Assembly: GCF_964204645.1 (NCBI RefSeq)
Contig: NC_134030.1
Coordinates: 2,522,778 to 2,586,777 of the forward strand
Length of the DNA stretch: 64,000 nucleotides
Reading direction: 5' to 3'
Source of the DNA: Tubulanus polymorphus
Lineage: Eukaryota > Animalia > Nemertea
Below are positions 13,701-25,900 of this stretch, piece after piece. The position numbers were made by a program, and so were the translations under genes. The stretch's first letter is position 1, and each line of letters begins with the position of its first letter. The notes under the pieces were generated by a model. The model was given only the letters and a program-made list of their open reading frames with translations, made no database searches and was not told the origin of the DNA.

Positions 13701-16131
13701 TCACAACCTTCAATTCGCAATACTTTTTTTCAATAACCATTTTACAAAATACGAATGAGAAGAGAAAGAAATTGAAATACACACATCAAAAAGACTTCAT
13801 CTTGTGTCCTAACGCTCTCACCAATATAGTCATTTTTTATTAAAAAAAATGATGTTTGATAAAATTGGAAATATCAATCATCTAAGCATACGAGATTCTT
13901 AAGTTGAAAGATCTCAGAATCCACAATCATGATTTAGATCTAAGCACAATATGGCCCTAGGCTAATGAATTATAAGACCTTGGTCTTAGAAGATGTCCTG
14001 TGGTTTATAGGATATAAGAATTCTAGTAAAACTAACAAACGACGAAGTGTTATATATGGCACAATGATACTATGTAACATTTTGGAATGTTTTTGAATTT
14101 TCTTTTCCATCATCTTCGATTTGACACCAATGACAAATATCGGGGAAAACATACGTACTAAATACTAACACTAAGAAAACAAGCGAAAACTACAAAATTT
14201 TTATCATGATCAACATTGAAAAAGATGTTTCAACAATTAACATCGCAAAACACCACCGAGAAAGTAGGTTTACGTTTAACGTGGTCAAGACAAAGATCCA
14301 TTAAAACGCATTGTATTTTAGATCCGTTGTAATAATACTAGTCGTTTAAAAACGTATATATTTTACAAACAGCACAAGATTTTCTACAAAGTTAAGAAAA
14401 ATAGTAGAAGACGCACACAAGGGGGGAAGCAAAAATTGACGTAACTTTACAGAATAATCTGGAATTTTATCTCCTGTTTAAATCATGTGTCGTGACTTGG
14501 TGAATTTATGCCCTGTAAGAAAAATAGACGATTGTCAGAATTAACTCAGCTAATCGCGGCACTTCTATTCCACCAGCCTAGAAGTAGAGGTCTCTTCAAC
14601 AATCACGGTTAGTTAGTAGACCCCCCGGTTATACAGTCTGATTCGGTACCCATCAAGAGTACAGCAAGGCTTTTGGTGTCGGCATATTCGATCAAAACAG
14701 TGCAGGTCATCGTCATATTGTAACCAGACTGCGGGGGACGGTTTTCCTTTCCCTCAAGAGCTGGTAATACAACCTAACTGCACTCGAGTTAAGTAAATGT
14801 TCAGTACTCAGACGGGGGTTGGACGGGATGTAGGCTTCACTCAGACCTGGTAAAAAAAGGTATCACCATCACCAGACTGTGGATATGGTTTGCGTTTCTC
14901 TCTGTACTGGATTATTTGAGTTTTCCTAGCCTTGACCTTGCCCTACGGTGAAGGATCATGCATGAGTGCTGTTTGAGTGAGGGTCCCATGTGAGCATTAC
15001 TGAACGAATCAGCTATTTTAAATGTCCAATACTCGGTTTTCCATACAATGCGTGGAGCACAGATATGACAGTGCATTCGCTGTAAGCATCATCAAATAAA
15101 AAACTAATCACCAAAAATATTCCCATATATCAGTAATAACGTAACCAGGTTTTCAAATAGCCCATTATCGCATACAAACAAAAAATGTACCCATTTTTAT
15201 ATTTCAAAAAAAAAACCAAACAAAAAGCAAATAAACTGAAAATTCCAGCTGGTTTAAAAGTTTCTACTGAATTTATACTTATACTTCACATGACCTGATT
15301 CAAGGATTTCTTATAGACAGGAATTTTCGAAAGATGGGATATAAAGTTTTGGGTAACGAAATGAAGATTTTGTAGTCAAGATTCAGAGTATGTTGTGGGG
15401 GTAGCTAACAGTCCATTGCCAGGTTCAATAACTTTTTACATTAAGAAAATGATAAGAAAAATACATTTCTTACAGTTTAAAGAACATAAACATTTCTCAA
15501 AATTCTTGGATTCTTCATTTTGTTTCTTCATTTTTTTAAACTGCATGAAGTATATTTTGTCCTCGTTCTTTCACCGCAATATTCTCATAAAAAGCTTTTT
15601 CATGTTTCGTTTTAGTTATAATCAGATGAATAAAGTTACTATACAGAGGTCACTAAGAACTAAGTATAGTGAAAAGCCAGCAGCAATGTGTGATAGAGAC
15701 CTCTAATTTTACCTAAAGACTCTGTATATAAAACCAGTGAATAGTTAGACCTCTAGCGATATATATCTTAAAAAGATCATATGTACCGTACATATTTTCA
15801 GTCAGATTCATCATATATCCCAAGCCATTCTACGTAGTTTAAGTGAACTATATGAGTTTTATATGAAAATTCTGAACAATTGCGCAGCTCATCTTACTTC
15901 GAGAATTCTTTGAAACAAGGCAAAAGTGGATTTTGTAACTACAGGACCCATTTTCACAAAACGTACCGTTCAAAAAGTTTCAATTAGGACAATAATTCAA
16001 ATTTTAAGCTTAAACTTTTTCGACCCCAGCATCAGTTTCATAAACATCGTCAATTCCTAAATTGAATTAAGATAAACTTTGGGTGGTTTCGATTGAACGT
16101 ATTCCAGTTTAGAAACAGCAATTCCTGATTA

Positions 16132-16650
16132 TAAACTCTCCACCGATCGCTTCTATCAGGTTTACGGATTTCAAACTCTCTACCGGCCGCTTCTATCAGG
16201 TTTACAGATTACAAACTCTCTACCGGCCGCTTCTATCAGGTTTACAGATTACTAACTCTCCACCGGCCGCTTCTATCAGGTATACTGATTTCAAACTCTC
16301 CACCGATCGCTTCTATCAGGTTTACAGATTACAAACTCTCTACCGGTCGCTTCTATCAGGTATACTGATTTCAAACTCTCCACCGGTCGCTTCTATCAGG
16401 TTTACAGATTATAAACTCTCCACCGGTCGCTTCTATCAGGTATACTGATTTCAAACTCTCTACCGGTCGCTTCTATCAGGTTTACAGATTACTAACTCTC
16501 CACCGGCCACTTCTATCAGGTATACTGATTTCAAACTCTCCTCCGGCCGCTTCTATCAGGTTTACAGATTACAAACTCTCTACCGGCCGCTTCTATCAGG
16601 TTTACAGATTACAAACTCTCTACCGGCCGCTTCTATCAGATTTACTGATT
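16132..16650. repeat. 40-bp minisatellite (~13 copies) inside a dispersed element
   Basis: Unit AAACTCTCTACCGGCCGCTTCTATCAGGTTTACAGATTAC. Confidence 0.95.
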
Positions 16651-16945
16651 ATGCTATTCCGGAATAGGTAGAGCTTGTATTCTGGTCTGAAATGAAACGA
16701 ACGCGCCAGAAGAGAATTCCGAAATCAGTGGAGACCAATCGAGACCAAACCTGTCTTAATTCATGAAGAAATAAGATCAATTTCAATTTGACTTTTTGTG
16801 AAACTGAGCACAGAATGACGTTCTCTTCCCTATTAGATATGGCTGAGGATATATGATATATGATGATATATATTTTGGTGTTGTTGTAAAATGGTTAAGA
16901 AAATACTGAAAGCATGCGGCGGCGGCTACAGCAGCATCAATGACG

Positions 16946-19900
16946 TTAGAAATACTCATTAATGTAACGAGGTTCGCCATCGGTATCGTTATTAGGTTTA
17001 GAATTATTAGTAGATGAACCGTACGTTGGATTTTGGAAGGTCGGGTTATCGATTCCGGAGTCGGCTGATTTTCTGAAGTTTGTCGTTCGTTGGTCGTTAT
17101 TCTGTAATAGATAAAAACAATACGAGTTGTAGCGATCGTTCAGAAGCAAAGGTTCGAGGAAATGCTGCGTTTAATTTGTCTTAAGACTTTTGAAATTTGA
17201 TCATTTTCTACTTTAAAATAAAATTGGACGAAGATCAGATTTACTCAGATTAAGGTGCAATGATTAAGATGACGTTTTCTATTCAGACCTACAGAAAACC
17301 TTGCCCTTCTTGCGACATGGCTAACTTGGACTTTAGACTAACTTCCATAAAAAATAAATCATTTTTTCTGACTTCTTGACATGTTTACAATTTCCTATCC
17401 TTAACTCGAACTTTGTCTACCAAAGACCAATTTTGCCAGTCCTAATTTGCCCGAGTCAGGCAAGGTTTACTGCATTGTTACGATATAGTTACCAGATGAA
17501 AATCTTTCGACTCAATTCACAAGTAAAACTTAAATTTCTAGATCATTTTCACCTCAACAAATAAGGAATTTCTAAATAAATGATGAGTAAAGTATACAGG
17601 AGTCTGACCTGGTTTGAATGTCGGCTGTTTTCAGTCATTTCCATATCATTACGTCCTCCATTATTAGCATGAGCTCGAGGAATATAACCAGGTTCCCACG
17701 TTTCCAGGGTTACTTCTTTATTCGACATTTGACTGTGCGCGTTACTTCTTCTGAAAGTGTACGAAATAGAAAATACTTGTTTAAAGTTTAGGTCGCAAGA
17801 TTCTTGGCCGATTTTAGAGACTGTCTGGTGTTAACTTTAGCCCAGGAGCTCATTCATGATCAATTGGATTAGCCCCAGGTTTAAGTTAATACCAGGTTGC
17901 GAAAAGGTTTCGGCCTTTTTGATGTAAATTACAAATAAAACTAATATCAACTTGAATGTGAACTTGAAGCGGTTACAATCAGTTCTCAAAATATGCATTA
18001 ATTTTGTCGCTTTTGCAGTGGATGAAAGGAATAGATAAAACAATAAAAACGAAAATAATCAAATTTTGAATTAAAAATATTCGGGCAGAGGTATTTCTGA
18101 AAACTTCATCGCTTTCAAATAAAGAATCATATCAGTGAACTACATCAATGCAAAGTGACTGCAAAAAATGGTGAAATATTTTACAAAGGTTTATTGTGAT
18201 TCATTTCAGAGTTATAGGTTGGGGGTAATAACACAAATTCAATGAAAGCGCCGTTGAACATTGTATGTATCACAGAGAAAAAGGCGCCATAGAAATTGAA
18301 TTACTAATACTACTGTTTATTTGAAGTGTTACACATAAAAGCCACCACGCATTGGCAAACAACCATATATATTGTTGTAAATAGTTGAGACTATTTACAG
18401 TCTTGATGCATATCATTAAAGGAAACCCACAGTATCAATTGAAGTAATAAATAATTCCAATAAACTCTGAAGATGGGTGGAATATCTCCACCCAAAACGT
18501 AAAAAAAAAAACAAGAACAGTTGTTTATATTGATATTGTGGGTTTCCTTCGTAACCATACATTGTTTAGAAACACGTTGATCATGCAATTACATCACATA
18601 ATGGCACCATGCACCATAATATCATGATCATAACCGTGACTTGACGTTTTTAGTCTGAAATGTGTGATATTTGTTTGGAAGAAGGGATTATCTCGACTCA
18701 TGGGCTGGGATGGGAACTTATATCAGTTAAATAATGTTCATGTTAGCAAATTCCTAATGTATAAACACAAAATGAATGGTAGTATTCAGCCACTAGGTTC
18801 AGAGTTAGTGATTGAACTGAAATGATATCACAGCCAATCAAAACCCTAACCCTAGGTCACCTGACCAATGAGTAGACTACTATACATATTCATAACATCA
18901 GGTCATGTGACTGATGGTATCACAGCCAATCATAGCCCTAATCCTATGTCACCTGACCAGTGAAGTGAAGTTCATCCAGGTCATGCGACTGGTGATGTCA
19001 TAGTCAATCATGGCCTAATCCACACCTGACCAGTTGGTGTTTTCAAAGCCCTATATGGCCTGATTCATTCATTGTTCATGGCCTTAGTGACACCATGGAC
19101 ATATAAACTAGATAGGAGTTTAGTTGTTTATAGGTCCATGGTGACACCAAAGTATTAGGAAATTAATATCCAATGGCCACCAGTTCCTAGTTCAGTTCCA
19201 AATAGAGCAGTCTTAAGAATGCCACCGCCTTATTAGGATTAACTAAGCACACGAATTCAATGAGCGAACAGAAACATAGGTTTCACATTGTTTTCATATT
19301 AAATGTAAATCGTACCACTGAACTCTACTGATTCATCTGTACCACCAAATATTACATAACGAATAACATTCATAGTGTAGTACACTGAGCTGATCAAGGG
19401 CGATATTTCTCTGATCTTATGATCATAGTTGTGATGATGTACGGGGACTGTAGGTTTTTGTACATAACTTTTACGTATAGTGTGCAATTTTAATGTGATT
19501 TTGTGTTAATAAGATGGAAAAAAATAAGATTTCTTTTGCAACAGCTACAAACAATATAATCAGAAAACTGCTCTGAATAAAATAAGATTATAAATATTCT
19601 GTTACTTTTTTTTAATCAAATATACAAAATTAAATGTTTATTGCGTTAACAATAGAGCACGGGCTTCAAAATAAAAAACTCTTTTACAAAAGCATTATCA
19701 GCACTAGAACGTGAGCCACAAATGTACGTATACAATTCACATGACAAAATATCAAATCAGTTCAGGATTTTCGGGGCTGGCACTCATCACATCCAAAATT
19801 CAGTAGATGTTGGTTTTTTCTTCATTTTACTGATTCAAATCGAATTTTGATGATTTTGTTCCAACACGAAACACACGATGAAGATTTTGACGACGTTTTG

Positions 19901-22900
19901 TACAGAAACGGTCTCCGTCCCGTAGTGGACTGAGATAGTTGTGAAGCCACTGAAGAAGTTCAGCCAAGCATGAAATGAAGTTAACGGCCGGTAAACTGTG
20001 TAACCATTAAGAGAAGTGACAGTGAAATTACGCACACTCACCAGTGATTGAACCTGGGTCTTGTACACACAGAGCAAACATGCTAATCAGGGCCCGGTTT
20101 TATAGACTTTAACCCGGGTTAGCCCCCGGGTCAAAGTCAATACCAGTCTATAAAACCATGCCCTGTAGACCAATAGAACTAGTCCAGTTCGCCGGCGTAA
20201 CAACTGTACTCCCTAAATACTACCTCAAATTCACGATAAAGATGATTTTGCCATGCAAGCATTCGACAGATAACCAAATAGACCGATTTAATGTTTCGAG
20301 ACATGTGACTTTCTGGTTGTATAACATTTTGTTATAACACTGTGTTATCATTTACGTAGATAGTATATATACATTTATAGTATTGTACATTGTGTTACCT
20401 CTGACTACCCATAGAACCGCGTTTTTCATACCCAACATATTGTGGTGTATGTCTACAAAATAAATCGTATTCATTCATACGTGACTTGTGTAAATAAATG
20501 ATCATTAATATTCATAAATTAATATAGTTGTGGATGAGTTGTGATATAAACCTGGTGTCAAAATGAATCAACGTGAAAACAAGTTGTGCTTTAACTTAAT
20601 TTCATCGAAATAGAAATTTATCAGACAAATTCGCCGCAGCAATACATGTAAATCAAAATGGACAATTGGCCGCAGCTATCATCCAATGCGCCTGACTATA
20701 GAGAGGAGGCGAAGAGGGAGCATTGTTATGGTCGTAGCTGAGGACTTTATTTAGGGAAGCTCAACATGAACAGGTGGTCATAGCTTCATCTGAGAAAGTT
20801 ACTATGCAATAGTAGCAAAAGCCTGATACTTCTTATGATGAAATCAAGTAACCTACAAAGTACAATCTGTTTTCACGTTTATTGATAAACTAAAGAGCGA
20901 TATTCAAGTGATTTTTGTGAATGATCTTTTAAGAAATAGTGTTACTGGACGAGTGATGATTTTGTACGCGTAACTTCAATGAAACCTTGTCTACAAAATA
21001 AAGCGACTAAATTATATATTGAAGGATTGGATGCTGATATCGCTATAGGTGCAGACATTCAACCTCTATTCCCGGGGTTGGACTCAGTAGGAGTCATTGC
21101 CATTTTTAGCATTCTAGAATAACAATAAACAAAAACCGATCAGGAGCCAGTTCCATAGTTCTACGTTAAATGTGACCCCAGTTCAATTAGTTTATCTTCT
21201 ATTAGTTTATTCTTAAATTTGCGAACTTTAAGGGTCACATCTAAACTCATAACGTCAGAACTGGATCAAGGACTACACCTTAAATACTCACCTTCATAGA
21301 TTCTACCCCTTTTTCATAGATTCTACCCCATTTATTACATATAGAATTATGGATCTCTAAGTTTGGATTTTGTAGATATTATTTCTATCTCTTTATGTGA
21401 AAATGGGCCAGTAATGATGAAGTAAACTCTCAAGATTAGGTAGACTTACTAAAACATAAATTGGAAAATAGATTTTTTACTAGTCAACATTTCAAAAATG
21501 CCTTAAAATAAACATTTTAGATAGCCTCAAATAATCTAGAACAAAGTTTTGAAAAAAACCTATATATAGTGTTGTCAATTATGAATACATCTTACATATG
21601 ATTATATTCTACTGATGATGAAATCATAATCAGTTTTTCTATCGGACTTTAATGTCTTCATATATACGTAGGCTTTACTATAAGCAGAGGTTGTGAAGCA
21701 GGAATTTAGTACAATAAATAGGTATATGGAGTGCAGCAGTATGCAACGAAAATAGCTTAATGAAATAAGCAAAACCTAGCAAAAGAACAGCCTCCGTAAT
21801 AACAGTTTTCAATGCAGAAACCCTATAAGAGGGTCATTCATTTATTATGTACGCATTATGGGTGGGGCAGAGGTGCAATTGTGTACTATAATGCTTAAAG
21901 CATTGGGAAAAAGGCCAATTTGGTAAACAAGTGGGAAGGGGGTAGGAAAATACAAATTTATGCGTACGTAATAACTGAGCGATTCCTGTAAGCAGGTTTC
22001 ACAGTTCTCATTTAGTAATCTAGAGGGTAAAACATTGAAAATGAACTGATTTTTACTCTAATGTCCATATCAACTTTTCTTGCGATGATGCATTATTGGG
22101 TGGCTTGGCTCAGTTAGTTTTAGTAGTAAATACCAGGAACAAGGTCTTAGGACCTGAACAAATGGGCTAAAACATTGATTTTTAATCCATTTTATACTGT
22201 ATTGAAGGATTGTCAAACAGTCTCCGTTGCTGGTCCTATTAAGATGTATGTACTATTAGAACTGACTGAGCGAGGCCACTTGACGTTCCCTCAAACAAAA
22301 TTGAATTTGACACTGCAGTCAAACTTATGCGAGAACCGTAAAACTGGATCCTGGTCTACTTATAACGATTATTCACAATGAGAAGCTATCGTTGTCTGTT
22401 ACTAGATGGACAGTGATGATGATGATAATGATGATGAATTATTGTGCTTGGTTCAAAGGTGTACAATAAAAGCATGCGACAGAATATATCTTTACCTAGC
22501 ATCATCTTCCACAGTCCACAACGTTCTTTCTTTACTCGTTCGCCTAAAATCCAAACATAATCTTCCAGATAGAGAGAGATGCGCGAACAAACGCTAAACG
22601 ATAATTCCTGAGCCCACATTCAACCCACATCCGACACTCAATGAATTATATATAACTGTAGGAAGATGTATGACGGATGAAACGCTTGAAAATGATACCT
22701 GAAACTTAGCATCGTAGTTTTGTGCTATTGATTCGAAATTTGAAAGCAAGCAAATAATTACTCCACTTAGTTTAACTTGATCTCAATATCAGGCTCCAAA
22801 TGAATGATTTATGAAGCTACAATATAACATAACGATATGGAATCGAAAATAACGATATCTTGAAATCTCACTTAAACTTAATCAAGTATAGGATATCCAC

Positions 22901-25900
22901 TTTTCCCACACCACGATCTGACAAGATGGCCTCCGATTCGACCCTCTATAACTTAATTTCATGAGGCTATTTGAAGAGTGAGGTTAGGTTCAACAAACAC
23001 CTCCTCGTACTGAGACAATGCATCCAGCAGATATGGGGAGGGAGACAAGTTTTTCATACTATGGCGTGCTCAAGTCTGCAGCAAAGGTAAAGGGTCGATA
23101 AGCCTCAGTTGTTAATTGTTTGTGATCATTTGTGTCTCAATTCAGTGATGTTTTTTGTTTGTTTTATAATAGTGTTTTTTGGTGACTATATGCTTCAGAA
23201 TGAGGAGAGAATCCCACAATGATAATAAAAAGTCCGAAAATGAAACTTCGAGATAGTAGTTTATTTCAACGTTTCGACTATATCCTAATAGTCATCTTCA
23301 GGAATAATTATCAGGAATCATTATTCCTGAAGATGACTATTAGGATATAGTCGAAACGTTGAAATAAACTACTATCTCGAAGTTTCATTTTCGGACTTTT
23401 TATTATCATTGTGGGACTCTCTCCTCATCGCGTCAACACGGATATAGTGTTCTACCTATCGTGATTATGCTTCAGAAGTTTTATAGTTCTATTGGAAGCA
23501 AGTAAAATGATTGTAGAGTAAAGACAACCGAAATGAGTCAAGTTATTGATAGTTTGTGTTGTATTTTGATGTGATGGTTGATCAGAGAGAAGTTAGATCG
23601 ATGTTTGTGCAAGTTTTTCATTCACCACAAATCAAGAAAGTGCCATTCGAATCGATTTTACACCATACACCCGAACGTACTAGCGTTAGAGACCGATCAC
23701 GAAAACACTCACCTTCGGAAGCAATAGATCAGTAAAATGATCAGAACAATGAGGAACAATAAGCCGAATATAACTCCGAGACATATAGCAGTCGTACGCA
23801 TTTCTATAATAGAACATAATACATAATTAGATATCTTATGTTGTATGTAGATGCATTTGTACTACATTATCTAGTATATTCTGAATCTAATCCGTTCCAA
23901 TCTAGAATGAACTAAGCGTCCAAACTAGTGAAAAGTCTGTTCTAAATTTGGAATATTTTATTTAAAAACGGACCAATTGGGTCTGTTCTTAAGTCGTCCA
24001 ATCCCGGAACAGAGCTAATTAGAAAGGGCTAACTAGGGATAGTGTGAACACGACCTATGAAACTCTAAATAGCTCTCAAGAGTTTTATTGAAAATGAACA
24101 ATATGGTCAACTAGTGAGTATAAGCCCAATCCAACACTCCCTCATTTCTGATCCCTATACAGTTCAAGTATCTTACGATCATAATTAGGATCTATTGTTT
24201 CAAATTTTTCACCTATGCAACTCTAAATGGCTCTCAGAGTTTTATTGAAAATGAACAATATGGTCTGTTCTAAATTCGTCCAATCCCGGAACAGAGCTAA
24301 TTAGAACTGGCTAACTAGGGATAGTGTGAACGTAACCTATGAAACTTAAAATAGCTCTCAGAGTTTTATTGAGATGAACAATATGGTCTGTTCTAAATTC
24401 GTCCAATCCCGGAACAGAGTTAATTAGAACGGGCTAACTAGGGATAGTGTGAACGCAACCTATGAAATTTAAAATAGCTCTCAGAGTTTTATTGAAAATT
24501 AACACTACGGTACTGCAGTTAAACTAGCAAGTATAAGACGAATCCACCACTCCCTCATTACACTGATCCCTATACAGTTCAAGTATCTTACCGTCATATT
24601 TAGGATCTATTGTTTCACATCTTTCACCTATGTAGTGATGCGGACAACTGAAAACAACAAAAACAATCCGTAATTTCGAATTCACTCATCGTCGGGATAA
24701 ACATAAAATCTTCTGATGACAAATGATAACATTCTTTATGATATAGGCTGTTTCAAGCTGGAACGCTGCAGTACGGTTTTACTACTTACCGACAGAAATA
24801 TCCAGGTTTTGTAGATCTGTATTCACAAACTCCTTCGTGTTCACAAGTATCCGGTTTACATGATTCTAAAATTAATAAACATTCGAATTATTCAAGTTTT
24901 CAAACAGTCATCCATTGTTCACATCAATCCGACGACCATCCACCCCCGGCAGGGATTCGAACCTGATGGCATCGAGATTGCCACGGTTCAAAACCCTGCC
25001 ACACTAGACCGAGAGCGCGGCTATACGCGCAGCTTAGATGATATCATTATTAGCCAATCAGATATTCCGTTTCATTTTACCCCGGGTTTTCCCATTTATA
25101 GTTCTTCCGTGAAATTTACCTCAGCGATTACACAACGAGCAATTTGATTGGTGACGCAAGTTTTCATGCGGTAAAGCCGTGCACGGGGTCTAGTGTGGCA
25201 GGGGTTTGTGCCGTGGCTGAGTGTAGCGACGCCATCAGGTCGGATCCCTGCCGTGGGACGATGTCTGATGGCTGAGATTAAGAGTAGAATGAATTCATAC
25301 TTACTTTGACAAGTTTCATTCATAGGATTTGCGCTGTAATATCCGGTATCACAGGCACAGATAAACGATCCCGGTGTGTTCGTACAGTTTACTAAAGGTA
25401 TGTTTTTACACGTCGTCTCACATTCATTAATATCTACGGAAAAATTCAAACATCACATTTCAATTCATCGTTACATATCTTAACACTAAACCCTTTCAGG
25501 GAGGTGTATAAATCAGATGATGGACTTTGCGGTGTATTGATGTAATCAATAATCCGTTTTCATTGTCTTATCAGTAAAAAAGCGTAGGTGGAAAAGGTGG
25601 AAAAGGCGCTCTCAGTAAAAAAGGTGGAAAAAGCGCTCTGAAAAATATTGCCATTGCATTTTAAGAAGGGCATGGGAAAATTGTGATGTGCTAATTCTAT
25701 TATAAAGCGAATCTGTGTCAGAATCTTATATAGAATGCTATAGGAAATGGAAAATTGTGACGGAAACACCGTGTACTCCTTGTGCGCCAGGCTGGATCCA
25801 CCCCTGTGTACATTTACTATAATATAAATCTCATTTTCAAACATAGATTTCTATACATTGGCTCATGTGGTAGTGTGTTTATCCTACCATACGTCGAATC

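Noticed and set aside
21291-21360. Strong minus-strand donor (AAG|GTGAGT) as an extra cytoplasmic exon
   Set aside because: No upstream acceptor gives a stop-free frame in the required phase; the region is a short local duplication.
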